Shown: positions 1-10,222 of the stretch, piece by piece | How the letters are laid out: every line of letters starts with the position of its first letter | Position numbering within the stretch: the stretch's first letter is position 1 | From: an uncultured Desulfobacter sp. | GTDB taxonomy: Bacteria; Desulfobacterota; Desulfobacteria; Desulfobacterales; Desulfobacteraceae | Assembly (NCBI GenBank): GCA_963665095.1 | Contig: OY762069.1 | Location: forward strand, 6,528,001-6,592,000 | Reading direction: 5' to 3' | Length of the DNA: 64,000 nt | Made by a program: the position numbers and the translations under genes | The notes under the pieces: generated by a model | Databases searched by the model: none | The model's input: only the letters and a program-made list of their open reading frames with translations | Told to the model about the DNA's origin: nothing

Positions 1-207
1 GGGATGGTGTTCCGGAAGCCTGTCTATATCTGCTAAAGGCGCCTGTGTCCCCTGCAGAATATCTATGCAGCCCGTGGAGACCCTGCATACGGGATCTCCT
101 TTTGAAACCACAGCCACACGCCGCTGGTTCCGGGTCAGGGCAATGGCTGCCATCAGGCCTGAGATGCCGCCGCCAATGATTACTGCATCATATTGTCCTG
201 TTTTCAT
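1..207 (-). CDS. glpB: Anaerobic glycerol-3-phosphate dehydrogenase subunit B, N-terminal part (runs off window)
   Basis: Manual translation gives MKTGQYDAVIIGGGISGLMAAIAL...STGCIDILQG (FAD-binding GxGxxG). ATGA overlap with the glpA stop. Confidence 0.85.
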   Translation of the reverse strand, partial: MKTGQYDAVIIGGGISGLMAAIALTRNQRRVAVVSKGDPVCRVSTGCIDILQGTQAPLADIDRLPEHHP

Positions 208-1715
208 TTTTGCTCCATATTCATAATACTCAGATAGATGCCTTCAACCAGTTGTTCCTCCCTGAGCTGATCTCCCCAGAGTGCCGGCCGGATGCCGCGA
301 AACCGCCTTTGCAGGAATTCCCTTAACGCATCCATGGATGCTTCTGTGGTCATATGTCCGTTTTCCTGGATGAGCCCCAGGGCACGGTAAGTGCAGAAAC
401 CTCCCTGACAGGGCCCCATGCCCAGCCGGGTCCGGTGCTGAATATCGCCGATGGATTTTGTGCCGGTGCGTTCAACAACGCTTTTAACCGCCTCTTTGGT
501 AACAAGTTCACATCCGCAGATGATGTTTTTCATGTTCTTGAGACGTTTTGACAGCGGATAGCCGCTTAAGTGCTCCTGCCCCTCCAGGGGGAGTTCCATG
601 GTCCGGCAGGGGATACGTTTCTGGAAAATATCTTTCAGGACCCTGTCCACCAGTTTTTCAGCCATCAGCCGGTAGGTGGTCAGTTTTCCGCCCAGAATGG
701 AGTACATGCCGTCCTTGTGGTCAATGATTCTAAATCCCCTGGAGATGGAACGGTCATCCCCGCCACCGCCTGAAAGCAACGGTCTGACCCCTGTGTAGGC
801 GCGTATCAGGCGTGTGTTCTCGAATTCCGGTAAAAGTTGTGTTGCTTCACTGGTGACAATATCCACTTCATCCGCTCCCACCACCAGATTTTCCGGGCTC
901 TCCACTGAGATGGAGGTGGTGCCGGCAAGGCAGACCGCTTCGTTGGGAACAATGATATCTCCATTGGCAGGGGGCCGCAACCGGTTGATCACCAGGTTGG
1001 TCAGGCGGTGATTCGTGATCACAAGGCTTCCTTTGGACAGGCTCATGGGTACATCGTTTCCTGCAAGATTGGCGATCTTCTTTCCCCATGCCCCGCCGGC
1101 GTTGATGATCACCTTTCCGTAAATTTCTTTGACCTCCTGAGTGAAGCGATCTTTAGCTCTGACGCCTTTCAGGCGGCCTTTTTCCCGAATAAATTCAAAC
1201 ACCTCGTGGTGTCTGTGAAATATGCCGCCCCGGTTTTGTGAAGAGATGGCGTTGAGCATGCACAGTCTGAAGGGGTCAATGGAACAGTCCGGTACATGGA
1301 TAGCTTCTTCCAGTGCGGGATTCAGTTTTGGCACAAGCGCCAGTGCCTTTTCCGCCGACAATGCCTGCGTCTCAATGCCTGCCTTGTCACAGCTCTGGAT
1401 GAATGTGTCTCTGTATCTTTTTGAATCCCCCGGCAGTCGTACAAAAAGGCCCCCGGTCTGCTCCACGCATTTGGCCCCGATTTTTCTTAAGATCATATTT
1501 TCCTGGATGCACTCTTCTGCGGCCTCCGCATCTGAAACAGCATACCTGCCGCCGCTGTGAAGCAGGCCATGACAGGCCCCGGTGGCGCCGGCAGCGAAAT
1601 CACCCTTTTCGATCAGGTGATGGGCAATCCCGCGCAGGGCAAGGTCTCTGGCAATGCCGCATCCAGTGGCTCCTCCCCCAATAATGATGACATCGGTTTT
1701 AATCATATCAGACAT
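204..1715 (-). CDS. glpA: Anaerobic glycerol-3-phosphate dehydrogenase subunit A
   Basis: IIGGGATG, HGLLHSGGRYAVSD, GGKLTTYRLMAE and C-terminal BFD-like CGCE...RTRLGMGPCQG motifs. Confidence 0.95.
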   Translation of the reverse strand: MSDMIKTDVIIIGGGATGCGIARDLALRGIAHHLIEKGDFAAGATGACHGLLHSGGRYAVSDAEAAEECIQENMILRKIGAKCVEQTGGLFVRLPGDSKRYRDTFIQSCDKAGIETQALSAEKALALVPKLNPALEEAIHVPDCSIDPFRLCMLNAISSQNRGGIFHRHHEVFEFIREKGRLKGVRAKDRFTQEVKEIYGKVIINAGGAWGKKIANLAGNDVPMSLSKGSLVITNHRLTNLVINRLRPPANGDIIVPNEAVCLAGTTSISVESPENLVVGADEVDIVTSEATQLLPEFENTRLIRAYTGVRPLLSGGGGDDRSISRGFRIIDHKDGMYSILGGKLTTYRLMAEKLVDRVLKDIFQKRIPCRTMELPLEGQEHLSGYPLSKRLKNMKNIICGCELVTKEAVKSVVERTGTKSIGDIQHRTRLGMGPCQGGFCTYRALGLIQENGHMTTEASMDALREFLQRRFRGIRPALWGDQLREEQLVEGIYLSIMNMEQK

Positions 1716-1907
1716 CCTCAGGTATTGTTGTTAAGGCTGTAATTTTTATAGAACATGAACGGGATTTCATTGCTGCAACCTTTCCTTTCTAAACATAGTT
1801 TGGTGGTTGACTCAAAACCGGTTCCAAGCAGGGGGTGATACATGTGACTTTGAATAATTCCAGCTGTGCGCTGCTTTAACCGAATCCTTTAAAATAACGC
1901 TATCATA

Positions 1908-1927
1908 ATTGTTCGTTAATGAAAATT
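1908..1927. promoter_or_regulatory. Candidate GlpR-type operator upstream of glpA
   Basis: ATTGTTCGTTAATGAAAATT resembles the E. coli GlpR palindrome WATGTTCGWTAWCGAACATW (3 mismatches by eye) and lies upstream of the glp operon. Confidence 0.45.
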
Positions 1928-2273
1928 AAAATGTTAAAACCGGATGAAAATTTTTCATTTAAATGAGTCTGTTTTCAGAAACATCAATGGGGGTTTTAAA
2001 GGTGGATAGTCTGTATAGCCAGTGTAGATGATGATAACAAGTATAATGCGCAATTTTAAAAAGAGATTGAAAACCAGGTGTTCTGTTTTTCTTATGTGGT
2101 ATCAGGCAGATTGTTAAAAATATAAAAATGATCATTTTTGAACATCTTTCCAAAACACTGTCTGGCATGAAAGCGCAGGTACTCCCGACAACAGTAATAT
2201 CAATATTTTGATCATGTCGATGGGTGAAAATATGGTGGCGCCCCTGCCCCTTTTACCTTTTGGGGAGTTAAAC

Positions 2274-2611
2274 ATGGTACAAAAGAAAGACCCTGAAAAC
2301 AAACAGGTCCCGGTTTCGGTAACATCCGACTTTATCCTCTGCACATCCGGTTCAGGGGATGTGAGGGTAGAGGTTGTTTTCACGATGAATCGGTCTGGAT
2401 GACCCAGAAAAAAATGGGAGAAATCTTTGAAAAAGAGATAAGCGTTATTACCAAACATTTAAGAAATATTTTTAATACCGGTGAACTGGAAGAGGAATCA
2501 GTATGTGCAAATTTTGCACACACTGCGGCAGCCGGGAAAACATACCAGACCAAATACTACAACCTGGACGCCATCATCTCCGTAGGCTACCGTGTATACT
2601 CCTATAATTAG
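2274..2611 (+). pseudogene. RhuM-family (virulence RhuM/DNA-binding) N-terminal fragment, frameshifted and truncated
   Basis: Two frames join near 2380: ...DVRVEVVF / HDESVWMTQKKMGEIF...ITKHLRNIFNTGEL...YYNLDAIISVGYRV, then an early stop. Confidence 0.8.
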
Positions 2612-2622
2612 TGTCTGCTCGA

Positions 2623-4455
2623 TCAATCAGATTTGGCCATACATCTTCGACATTCATGGCAGGGCTTCATGGGGCAGGATGGGCTGGTCCGGATCTCTTT
2701 TCCCCGCAGGTACTCTTTGAAAAGAAAGGCATCAGACACCGGATGGGCAAGGATATTCCATGGCAGAGAGCTGGAGCGCTCCCCGACAATATCCATGGAT
2801 TTTTCAGTATGAATTACCTGCTGGCAGTATGTTTTGTTCAGTCTGAATGTTTTTGTCCAGCCGTGGTCCAGGGCCTGCTCAATCAGGTCGGCGGTTCTGC
2901 GGTCCCCTAAGGAGAGCAGGGCATCAATCCTTGACTGGCGCAGGGATTCAAAGTTCAGTGCGATATTGGCGGTTTTTTTAAGACCCTGGCGGATGATCTC
3001 CATGCGTTTTTCAAGCAGGTTCTGCTGTGTCATGCCTGACCATTGAAAAGGGGTGGAAGGTTTGGGGATAAAGGGATTGATGCTCAGGGTAATGGTACCC
3101 ATGCGTTTGTTTTTTCTGGATGCATCAAGAAACACCGTTTTAATGTCAAGGGCAAGGTCTACGATGGCCTGGACATCCCTTCCGGTTTCAAACGGCAGCC
3201 CGATCATGAAATAGAGCCGCAGGTTGATGATGCCCTGGGCCACCAGATTTTGGGCCGCCTGAAGGATCTGGTCCCTGGAGAGCTTTTTATTGATGATATC
3301 GCGCATACGCTGAGATCCTGCTTCCGGGGCAATGGTGGCGGTTTTTACATTGGATTCAGCAATGGATGCAATGATATCCCGGTCAAGTTTGTCTGCCCGA
3401 AGGGAGGAAAAGGAGATCCGCATCCCTTTATCCCGGCCATATTGGCAGATTTGGTCAATATCCGGATGATCCAGAATGGCGGAACTGACCAGGCCTATGC
3501 GGTCTGTTTTTTCTCTTGCCTGATCAATGGCCGTCAGGATGGTGGCGGTCGGATATACCCTGGGGGGGCGGTAAATAAAACCGGCGGTGCAGAACCTGCA
3601 GCCATGGGGGCATCCCTTGAGAATTTCCACCAGAAAGGTGTCCTTAAAGGCGGTGTCTTCCGTCATTACTGCTGTAGTGGTAACTGTATCATCTAAATGG
3701 TCAAGGTACTGTACCTGAATCTGTTGGTCAGGAAGGGCAGGACTGGGAGGATTCGGTGGGATTTGATAATTCGGGGGTACTGGTGAGGCAGAGGAGGGAC
3801 CGGCTTTGGAAGCATCCGGCAACACGTTGGCAGGTGGCAGACCCGGCGCTACATTTTCATCAAGGGGGTATAAAATAGGTGTGTGGGCACCGGGAACATA
3901 GGCACCGGGTACGCTGGTTTCAATTCCGGAAATAAGGGCTTTTTTGCTGCCTGCCTGATGAAAGGCGTCAAAGAATGGCGTAAGCAGACACTCCGCTTCC
4001 CCTAAAAGGAAGAGATCCATAAAAGGGGCAATGGGTTCCGGATTCAGGGTGCAGGCGACCCCCCCCGCAGCCACCAGGGGGTGGATGTGGTGTCGGTTGG
4101 ATGACCGCAGGGGAAGGCCTGCTGCCCGCAACATACGGGCGAGATTCAAAAAGTCGTTCTCAAAGGAGATTGAGAACAGGATCATGTCAAACTGATCCAG
4201 ATGCAAGCCTGTCTCAAGGCTGAAAATGCCGTTGGTTTTCCGCCGGGTGTCGGGCAGAAACACCCGTTCACAGGCAACCGCCTCATTCTGGTTGGCAAGG
4301 CGGTAAACCGTCTGAAATCCCAGACAGGACATGCCTGCCCGATAGGTGTTGGGGTAGACCAGTGCGACTCTGGTCAGGCCCCGTCCACGTTTTACAATGG
4401 CCCCCTGCTCTTCATGAAAGCCGGAGGTCCGGGCCGGCTGGCGCCGCTTCTTCAT
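2623..4455 (-). CDS. Radical SAM protein with B12-binding-like N-terminal domain
   Basis: CPHGCRFC motif, VYPNTYRAGMSCLG N-terminus, APEAGSQRMR, YFMIGLPFET, C-terminal CxxCxxC. Confidence 0.9.
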   Translation of the reverse strand: MKKRRQPARTSGFHEEQGAIVKRGRGLTRVALVYPNTYRAGMSCLGFQTVYRLANQNEAVACERVFLPDTRRKTNGIFSLETGLHLDQFDMILFSISFENDFLNLARMLRAAGLPLRSSNRHHIHPLVAAGGVACTLNPEPIAPFMDLFLLGEAECLLTPFFDAFHQAGSKKALISGIETSVPGAYVPGAHTPILYPLDENVAPGLPPANVLPDASKAGPSSASPVPPNYQIPPNPPSPALPDQQIQVQYLDHLDDTVTTTAVMTEDTAFKDTFLVEILKGCPHGCRFCTAGFIYRPPRVYPTATILTAIDQAREKTDRIGLVSSAILDHPDIDQICQYGRDKGMRISFSSLRADKLDRDIIASIAESNVKTATIAPEAGSQRMRDIINKKLSRDQILQAAQNLVAQGIINLRLYFMIGLPFETGRDVQAIVDLALDIKTVFLDASRKNKRMGTITLSINPFIPKPSTPFQWSGMTQQNLLEKRMEIIRQGLKKTANIALNFESLRQSRIDALLSLGDRRTADLIEQALDHGWTKTFRLNKTYCQQVIHTEKSMDIVGERSSSLPWNILAHPVSDAFLFKEYLRGKEIRTSPSCPMKPCHECRRCMAKSD

Positions 4456-4458
4456 TGC

Positions 4459-5778
4459 CTAATCGGCTTTGCGTCTCAGAAAAGTCGGGATTTCAAGATC
4501 ATCGTTGTCAAAATTGGCAGTATAATCCTGGATGAGATGGTCATCACCCACTGCCCGTTTATGACGGACAACGCGCACCGCATCCTCACCCCAGTCAGCC
4601 AGTTCCGCCTGCGTTGCATCCCTGATTACACCTCTGGCAATGGGTTCCTGCCGGCTGCTGCCGGACATGGATGCATTCATTTGCGTCGGGCCGGCACTGT
4701 AGGGCTGAGCACTGTATGCCCCGTAGGAACCATTGGCTGCCTGCTGGACCTGCTGCGGCTGTGCATAGGCTTGCGCCTGCCTGGGGTCAAATTTGTGCAT
4801 GTTTTCTGCCAGGGCCGGCTCTTCCATGCCAATGCCGGTGGCGATGACAGTAATGCGGATTTCATCCCCAAGTTCTTCATCAAAGGTCTGGCCCCAGATG
4901 ATTTCCGCATCATCTCCCACTTCCTGGTAGATGCGGTCGCAGGCTTCGGTCATTTCGTCCAGGGTAAGGTCAGAGCTTGAGGTGATGTTCATCAAAACGC
5001 CCTTGGCCCCTGAAATGGAAATATCTTCAAGCAACGGATGGGAAATGGCCCGTTCAGCCGCTTCGGTGGCGCGGTTTTCACCCGAGGCAATGCCAATACC
5101 CATTAATGCCTTGCCAGCTTTCTGCATGGTGGTTTTAACATCGGCAAAGTCCAGGTTAACATGGCCGGGCATCATGATCAGATCGGTGATGCCTTTGACA
5201 GAGTGGTGCAGGATTTCATCGGCTTTGATGAACATGTCCACCATGCGGGCACCTTTTGCGGCAATGCCCCGCAGCCGGTCATTGGGGATTGTGATGACCG
5301 TGTCAGTAATGCCCTGCAGTTTATCCAGTCCGGCCAGAGCTGCTTTTTCTCGTTTTTTGCCTTCAAAGGAAAAGGGCTTGGATGCCACGGCTACGGTTAG
5401 AATACCAAGATCTTTGCAGATCTCAGCAATCACAGGTGCGGCTCCTGTGCCGGTGCCCCCGCCAAAGCCTGCTGTAATAAATACCATGTGGCTGTCTGCA
5501 AGGGCATCCCGCAGTTCATCCATGCTTTCAAGGGCTGCTTCCCGGCCAATATTGGGATCGGCCCCGGCGCCCAGTCCTTCAGTAAGCTGGGAGCCCATCT
5601 GGATTTTTATCTCTGCCCTGGAGTGCTCCAGGGCCTGGGCATCGGTGTTGGCCACTATGAACTTGACGCCCTGCAGTTTTGCGTCAATCATGTTGTTCAC
5701 AGCATTTCCGCCGGCGCCACCCACACCAATGACCTTGATTTTCGCCGTGCTGTTGTTTTCCACATAAGAAAAAGTCAT
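4459..5778 (-). CDS. ftsZ: Cell division protein FtsZ
   Basis: GVGGAGGNAVN, GGGTGTG, NLDFAD, C-terminal LEIPTFLR. GGAGG RBS precedes the ATG at 5778. Confidence 0.99.
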   Translation of the reverse strand: MTFSYVENNSTAKIKVIGVGGAGGNAVNNMIDAKLQGVKFIVANTDAQALEHSRAEIKIQMGSQLTEGLGAGADPNIGREAALESMDELRDALADSHMVFITAGFGGGTGTGAAPVIAEICKDLGILTVAVASKPFSFEGKKREKAALAGLDKLQGITDTVITIPNDRLRGIAAKGARMVDMFIKADEILHHSVKGITDLIMMPGHVNLDFADVKTTMQKAGKALMGIGIASGENRATEAAERAISHPLLEDISISGAKGVLMNITSSSDLTLDEMTEACDRIYQEVGDDAEIIWGQTFDEELGDEIRITVIATGIGMEEPALAENMHKFDPRQAQAYAQPQQVQQAANGSYGAYSAQPYSAGPTQMNASMSGSSRQEPIARGVIRDATQAELADWGEDAVRVVRHKRAVGDDHLIQDYTANFDNDDLEIPTFLRRKAD

Positions 5779-5795
5779 ATCCACCTCCTTTGGAA

Positions 5796-7022
5796 TTAAA
5801 TAATATTCTTAAACCATTGTTTCATTTTATTTAATATGTTTGATATCCCCTGGGATTCAGACCGGGTCACCCGGATATTGCAGGTGGCCTTGGATCCGAA
5901 AATTACCAGCCCTACGCCAGTGGCATAGGCGGGATTCTTAACAATATCTTTCAGTCCGCCAATGCGGTCTGGTTCGCCAATGCGTACCGGCACATTGAAT
6001 ACGGATTCGGCAATGTCGGTGATGCCGTTCATGACCACACTGCCGCCGGTAAGGATAAAGCCGGCGGGAAAGGCGTTTTCAAGGCCATTGGCAAACAGCT
6101 CTTTTTTTAACAGTGTAAAGATCTCTTCCACCCTGGGTTCCAGGATTTCAGCCAGTATGCCCTTGGCCAGCCGTTTGGGCGCTCTGCCGCCCACGGCCGG
6201 CACCTCAATGACATCACCTGATCTGACGTTTTCGGGCATGCAGGTGCCATGGGCGATTTTAATTTTTTCCGCTTCAGGCAAAGGGGTGCGAAGCCCTACG
6301 GAAATATCATTGGTCAGGTTATGGCCGCCCACGGTGAGTTCATAAATAAATTTCAGGTTGTTGTCCTTGAAGAGCGCAAGGTCTGTGGTACCGCCGCCCA
6401 TATCTGCTAATATGCAGCCCAGTTCCTTTTCCTCATCCGTAAGCACGGCCTGGCCTGAAGCCAGGGACTCCAGTGCAATGTCGCATACTTCAAGACCGGC
6501 CTTGTGACAGCACTTGACGATATTGCGCGCGGATGACACAGCGCCTGTAATGATATGGATTTTTGCCTCCAGGCGCACGGCTGTCATGCCCACGGGGTTC
6601 TGGATGGATTCCATGTCATCCACGATGAACTCCTGGGAGATAACATGCAGGATTTCCCGGTCCGGCGGAATGGCCACGGCCTTGGCGGCATCAATCACCC
6701 GTTCCACATCATTTTCCGTGATCTCCCGGCCCTTGATGGCAATAATGCCATGGCTGTTAAACCCTTTGATATGGTTGCCGGCAATGCCCACATAGACAGA
6801 AGAGATATCGCAGCCGGCCATCAGTTCGGCCTCCTCCACGGCTTTTTTAATGGAATCCACCGTGGATTCAATATTGACCACTGAGCCTTTGCGCAGACCC
6901 GTTGACGGATGGGAGCCCACACCAATGATGTTGATCTCATCCTCAATCATCTCGCCGACCACAGCACAGATTTTAGTGGTGCCGATATCAAGACCCACCA
7001 GTATTTTTTCGTGTCCCTGCAA
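5796..7022 (-). CDS. ftsA: Cell division protein FtsA
   Basis: VGLDIGTTKI and DMGGGTTD motifs. TTG start inferred after AAGGGGG. Confidence 0.97.
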   Translation of the reverse strand: MQGHEKILVGLDIGTTKICAVVGEMIEDEINIIGVGSHPSTGLRKGSVVNIESTVDSIKKAVEEAELMAGCDISSVYVGIAGNHIKGFNSHGIIAIKGREITENDVERVIDAAKAVAIPPDREILHVISQEFIVDDMESIQNPVGMTAVRLEAKIHIITGAVSSARNIVKCCHKAGLEVCDIALESLASGQAVLTDEEKELGCILADMGGGTTDLALFKDNNLKFIYELTVGGHNLTNDISVGLRTPLPEAEKIKIAHGTCMPENVRSGDVIEVPAVGGRAPKRLAKGILAEILEPRVEEIFTLLKKELFANGLENAFPAGFILTGGSVVMNGITDIAESVFNVPVRIGEPDRIGGLKDIVKNPAYATGVGLVIFGSKATCNIRVTRSESQGISNILNKMKQWFKNII

Positions 7023-7023
7023 G

Positions 7024-7923
7024 TTAAACCCCCTTTTTTGTAATGTTGTGGGCAGCATTTTTTGTTTTTACAAATACTTTTTCCAGGTCAAAAAGGTCCA
7101 TGGCGCAAATGGTTTTGTCCGGATGGTTTTCTGTCATGTACCGCTGGATCTGACCGGCCCTTGCAAGTTTTTCTTTAAATCTGTCAAATCCCAGCTTAAC
7201 TGGAATATATGTGTCTGTCATGTGTGTCTCTTTATCCGGGTTGCTAATCAAACCTGCATCAGGCGCAGTGTTTAAAATATTAATGAGAAGTCCTGTATTT
7301 TCGTCTCCAAAAATGCCGTGTATCTGCCCGATACTTTTAATCTTTAAAAGATCGAGGACCGCATTGAACAGATCCCCCTCAAACAGGTACGTGTTGTTGG
7401 AAAGGCTTAAATCCACTCCCGAGATGACAGGAAGTGTGTCTAACTGATCCTTGGCTGGTTCATATTCCTTGAAAGGCGCGCCCTGGGTATTGATGACAAT
7501 ATCGGTCAGGTTTTCAATGGAGACAATGGCCAACGGTTTTTGCTCCTGTATGGAGATGGCGACAGTGGACAAAAGGCGCCGTTTTACCATGGCCGTCTGT
7601 ACCCAGGGGTGGGCATTGAGCTGTTTTTCCAGTATGTCCGGGCGCAGCTCAAAAATATTGGCAGGCTGGTCAAGACCGGTGAGGGCCAGTACTTCGTTTC
7701 TGTTAACCCGGTCAAGGCCGTCAATCATAATGGTTTTAACATCAAACAGAGGACATTGAAGCACGGCATCATGCATATATATGCAGGAGACACTCATGAC
7801 ACTGACAAAGAGGATTAAAAAAAATTTTCCGAACAGCGCCTTTCTTTTTATGCGCATGAGGGCTTTATCCTGCTTTGTCTCCTCCACTTTATACCTGTTG
7901 GGCGTGATTTTTTTAGTTGCCAA
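7024..7923 (-). CDS. ftsQ: Cell division protein FtsQ/DivIB
   Basis: Single TM segment then a POTRA-like region (HPWVQTAMVKRR); canonical position before ftsA. Confidence 0.85.
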   Translation of the reverse strand: MATKKITPNRYKVEETKQDKALMRIKRKALFGKFFLILFVSVMSVSCIYMHDAVLQCPLFDVKTIMIDGLDRVNRNEVLALTGLDQPANIFELRPDILEKQLNAHPWVQTAMVKRRLLSTVAISIQEQKPLAIVSIENLTDIVINTQGAPFKEYEPAKDQLDTLPVISGVDLSLSNNTYLFEGDLFNAVLDLLKIKSIGQIHGIFGDENTGLLINILNTAPDAGLISNPDKETHMTDTYIPVKLGFDRFKEKLARAGQIQRYMTENHPDKTICAMDLFDLEKVFVKTKNAAHNITKKGV

Positions 7924-8851
7924 TGGTTTTCACCTCATCTTGAAGGTTAATGCCAAATTTTTTATGAACGCCCTGCCTGACCTGCTCTGCCAGGCTGACG
8001 ATATCGCTTGCACAGGCCCTGTCCTGGTTGACAATGAAGTTGGCGTGCAGATCAGATACCATGGCCCCGTTGCACCGAATTCCCTTGAGCCCGGCCTGCT
8101 CAATGAGCCAGCCAGCGGATTTGAATCCCGGCGGGTTTTTGAAAAAACAGCCGGCTGAAGCCTGGGACACCGGCTGGGTGGTCTGTTTTGTTTTAAGATT
8201 GCTGAAATATGCTGTTTTCACCATGTCTGGATCTGCCTGCACAAGCTCAAGGATCGCCTTGAGAATGATGCACTTGTCAAGTTTCAACGCCCTGTATGAA
8301 AACGCCAGATCTTCCCTTTTAAGGCGCGCTGTTTTAAGGCTGGTCAGATCCAGGATCTCAATCTCTTTGACAATGCTGCCCATATCGCTGCCATGGGCCC
8401 CTGCGTTCATAATTACGGCGCCTCCTAAGGTGCCGGGGATACCGGCGGCCCACTCCAGTCCGGAAAGGCCCTGGTCTGCGGCATTGCGGCAAAGGGTGGA
8501 AAGACGGGCTCCGGCCAAGGCTGTCAGCCTGATCCGGGTTTTACCCTCTTCAGGAGTATCCGTGGGCAGGATATTCTGCTCAGTTTCCTGCTTCAGCCGG
8601 GTCAGAATGATCACCAGTCCCCGGATGCCTTTGTCCGTCACCAGAACATTGGTGCCTCCCCCAAGGATGGTAACCGGAAGACGGGCTGTGTGAGCAGTTT
8701 TTACCAGCATGATCACCTCTTCCACGGTCTGGGGCAATGCCAGGTAATCTGCAGGGCCCCCCACCCTGAAACTGGTATACCGGTCCATGGCCTTTTGCGC
8801 CTCCAGAGCAAAGGGTAAAAACATCTGCAGAATGTCTGGTTTCCGGGCCAT
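7913..8851 (-). CDS. murB: UDP-N-acetylmuramate dehydrogenase
   Basis: TSFRVGGPA, GGGTNVL, GIPGTLGGAVIMNAGA, SAGCFFKNP, HANF motifs. Confidence 0.97.
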   Translation of the reverse strand: MARKPDILQMFLPFALEAQKAMDRYTSFRVGGPADYLALPQTVEEVIMLVKTAHTARLPVTILGGGTNVLVTDKGIRGLVIILTRLKQETEQNILPTDTPEEGKTRIRLTALAGARLSTLCRNAADQGLSGLEWAAGIPGTLGGAVIMNAGAHGSDMGSIVKEIEILDLTSLKTARLKREDLAFSYRALKLDKCIILKAILELVQADPDMVKTAYFSNLKTKQTTQPVSQASAGCFFKNPPGFKSAGWLIEQAGLKGIRCNGAMVSDLHANFIVNQDRACASDIVSLAEQVRQGVHKKFGINLQDEVKTIGN

Positions 8852-8854
8852 GAC

Positions 8855-10222
8855 CTATAGGATCTCCACCAGTTTTTCTCCAAGGGTATATACATCGCCG
8901 GCACCTAAGGTCAGCACCATGTCTCCGGGTCTGGCCTTGTGGGTAACCATGGACAGGGCTTGCGTGAAATCAGGAGCAAAGCTTGCCTCTTTGTGCCCGT
9001 GGGCCTTAATCCCTTCAAGCAGCTGTTCCGAGTCCACACCCGGGATGGGGGCTTCGGATGCCGGATAAATGGGCAGGACCACCAGAATGTCGGACTGGTA
9101 AAATGCCCGGGTAAATTCCTGGAACAACCCCTGGGTGCGCGTGTATCTATGGGGCTGAAACACCACAAGCAGCCGTTTGTCCGGATAGCTCTCCTTGACT
9201 GCCGTCAGGGTTGCCATGATCTCTGTGGGGTGGTGACCGTAATCATCCATCACTGTGATGCCTTTGGCTTCCCCTTTGATTTCCAGACGCCGTTTCACCC
9301 CTTTGATCTCCTCCAGGGCTTTTTTAATGATGTTAAAGGGAATATTCAACTCCAGCCCCGTGGCAATGCCGGCCATGGCATTGAGGATGTTATGCTGGCC
9401 TCCGATGTTCAACAGGATGGAGCCAAGATTCTGCTCCCCTTTGAAAACAGAAAAAAGGGACTTTCCGTTTTCAAACCGGATATCCCGGGCCTGGAGTCCG
9501 GACTGGGCCGTCAGCCCGTAGGTCATGGTCCGCACCGTGATCCTGGGCAGGATATCCTGGATATGGGGATTATCCAGGCAGAGGATGGCCAGCCCGTAAA
9601 AGGGCACGGAATTGATAAAGGCAACGAATTTATCTTTTATGTCATCAATGTCTTTGTAGAAATCCAGATGTTCCAGGTCAATATTGGTGACTGCGGCAAT
9701 GGCCGGGGCATATTTGAGGAATGATCCGTCACTTTCGTCGGCCTCAGCAACGATGAACTCCCCGGAGCCGTGCAGGGCATTGGTATCCAGTCCCTGGAGC
9801 AGTCCGCCAATGATCACAGTGGGGTCCAGGCCGGCGGTGTTGAGAATCTGGGAGATCATGGCTGTGGTGGAGGTTTTGCCATGGGCACCTGCCACAGCAA
9901 TGGCGTATTTGATGCGCATCAGCTCTGCCAGCATCTCGGCTCTGGGGATAATGGGGCAGCCAAGTTCCCTTGCCTTTACCACTTCAGGGTTCTGGGGAGC
10001 AATGGCAGAGGAGGTGACCACCACATTGACATCCTTGATGTTTTCCTTGGCATGGCCTTTGTAAATCACCGCCCCCTTGGTTTTCAGCCGGTCCGTGATA
10101 TGGGACAGCTTCAGGTCTGATCCGGACACGGTATAGCCAAGGGTTAAAAGCAGTTCGGCAATACCGCTCATGCCGATGCCGCCGATGCCTACAAAGTGGA
10201 TGTGATAATCATGCTGGTACAT
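8855..10222 (-). CDS. murC: UDP-N-acetylmuramate--L-alanine ligase
   Basis: HFVGIGGIGMSGIA, GAHGKTSTT, EADESDGSF, DDYGHHPTE. Confidence 0.98.
   Translation of the reverse strand: MYQHDYHIHFVGIGGIGMSGIAELLLTLGYTVSGSDLKLSHITDRLKTKGAVIYKGHAKENIKDVNVVVTSSAIAPQNPEVVKARELGCPIIPRAEMLAELMRIKYAIAVAGAHGKTSTTAMISQILNTAGLDPTVIIGGLLQGLDTNALHGSGEFIVAEADESDGSFLKYAPAIAAVTNIDLEHLDFYKDIDDIKDKFVAFINSVPFYGLAILCLDNPHIQDILPRITVRTMTYGLTAQSGLQARDIRFENGKSLFSVFKGEQNLGSILLNIGGQHNILNAMAGIATGLELNIPFNIIKKALEEIKGVKRRLEIKGEAKGITVMDDYGHHPTEIMATLTAVKESYPDKRLLVVFQPHRYTRTQGLFQEFTRAFYQSDILVVLPIYPASEAPIPGVDSEQLLEGIKAHGHKEASFAPDFTQALSMVTHKARPGDMVLTLGAGDVYTLGEKLVEIL

Noticed and set aside
4600..4800. Q/A/Y-rich low-complexity stretch in FtsZ
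   Set aside because: Falls in the normally variable, disordered C-terminal linker.
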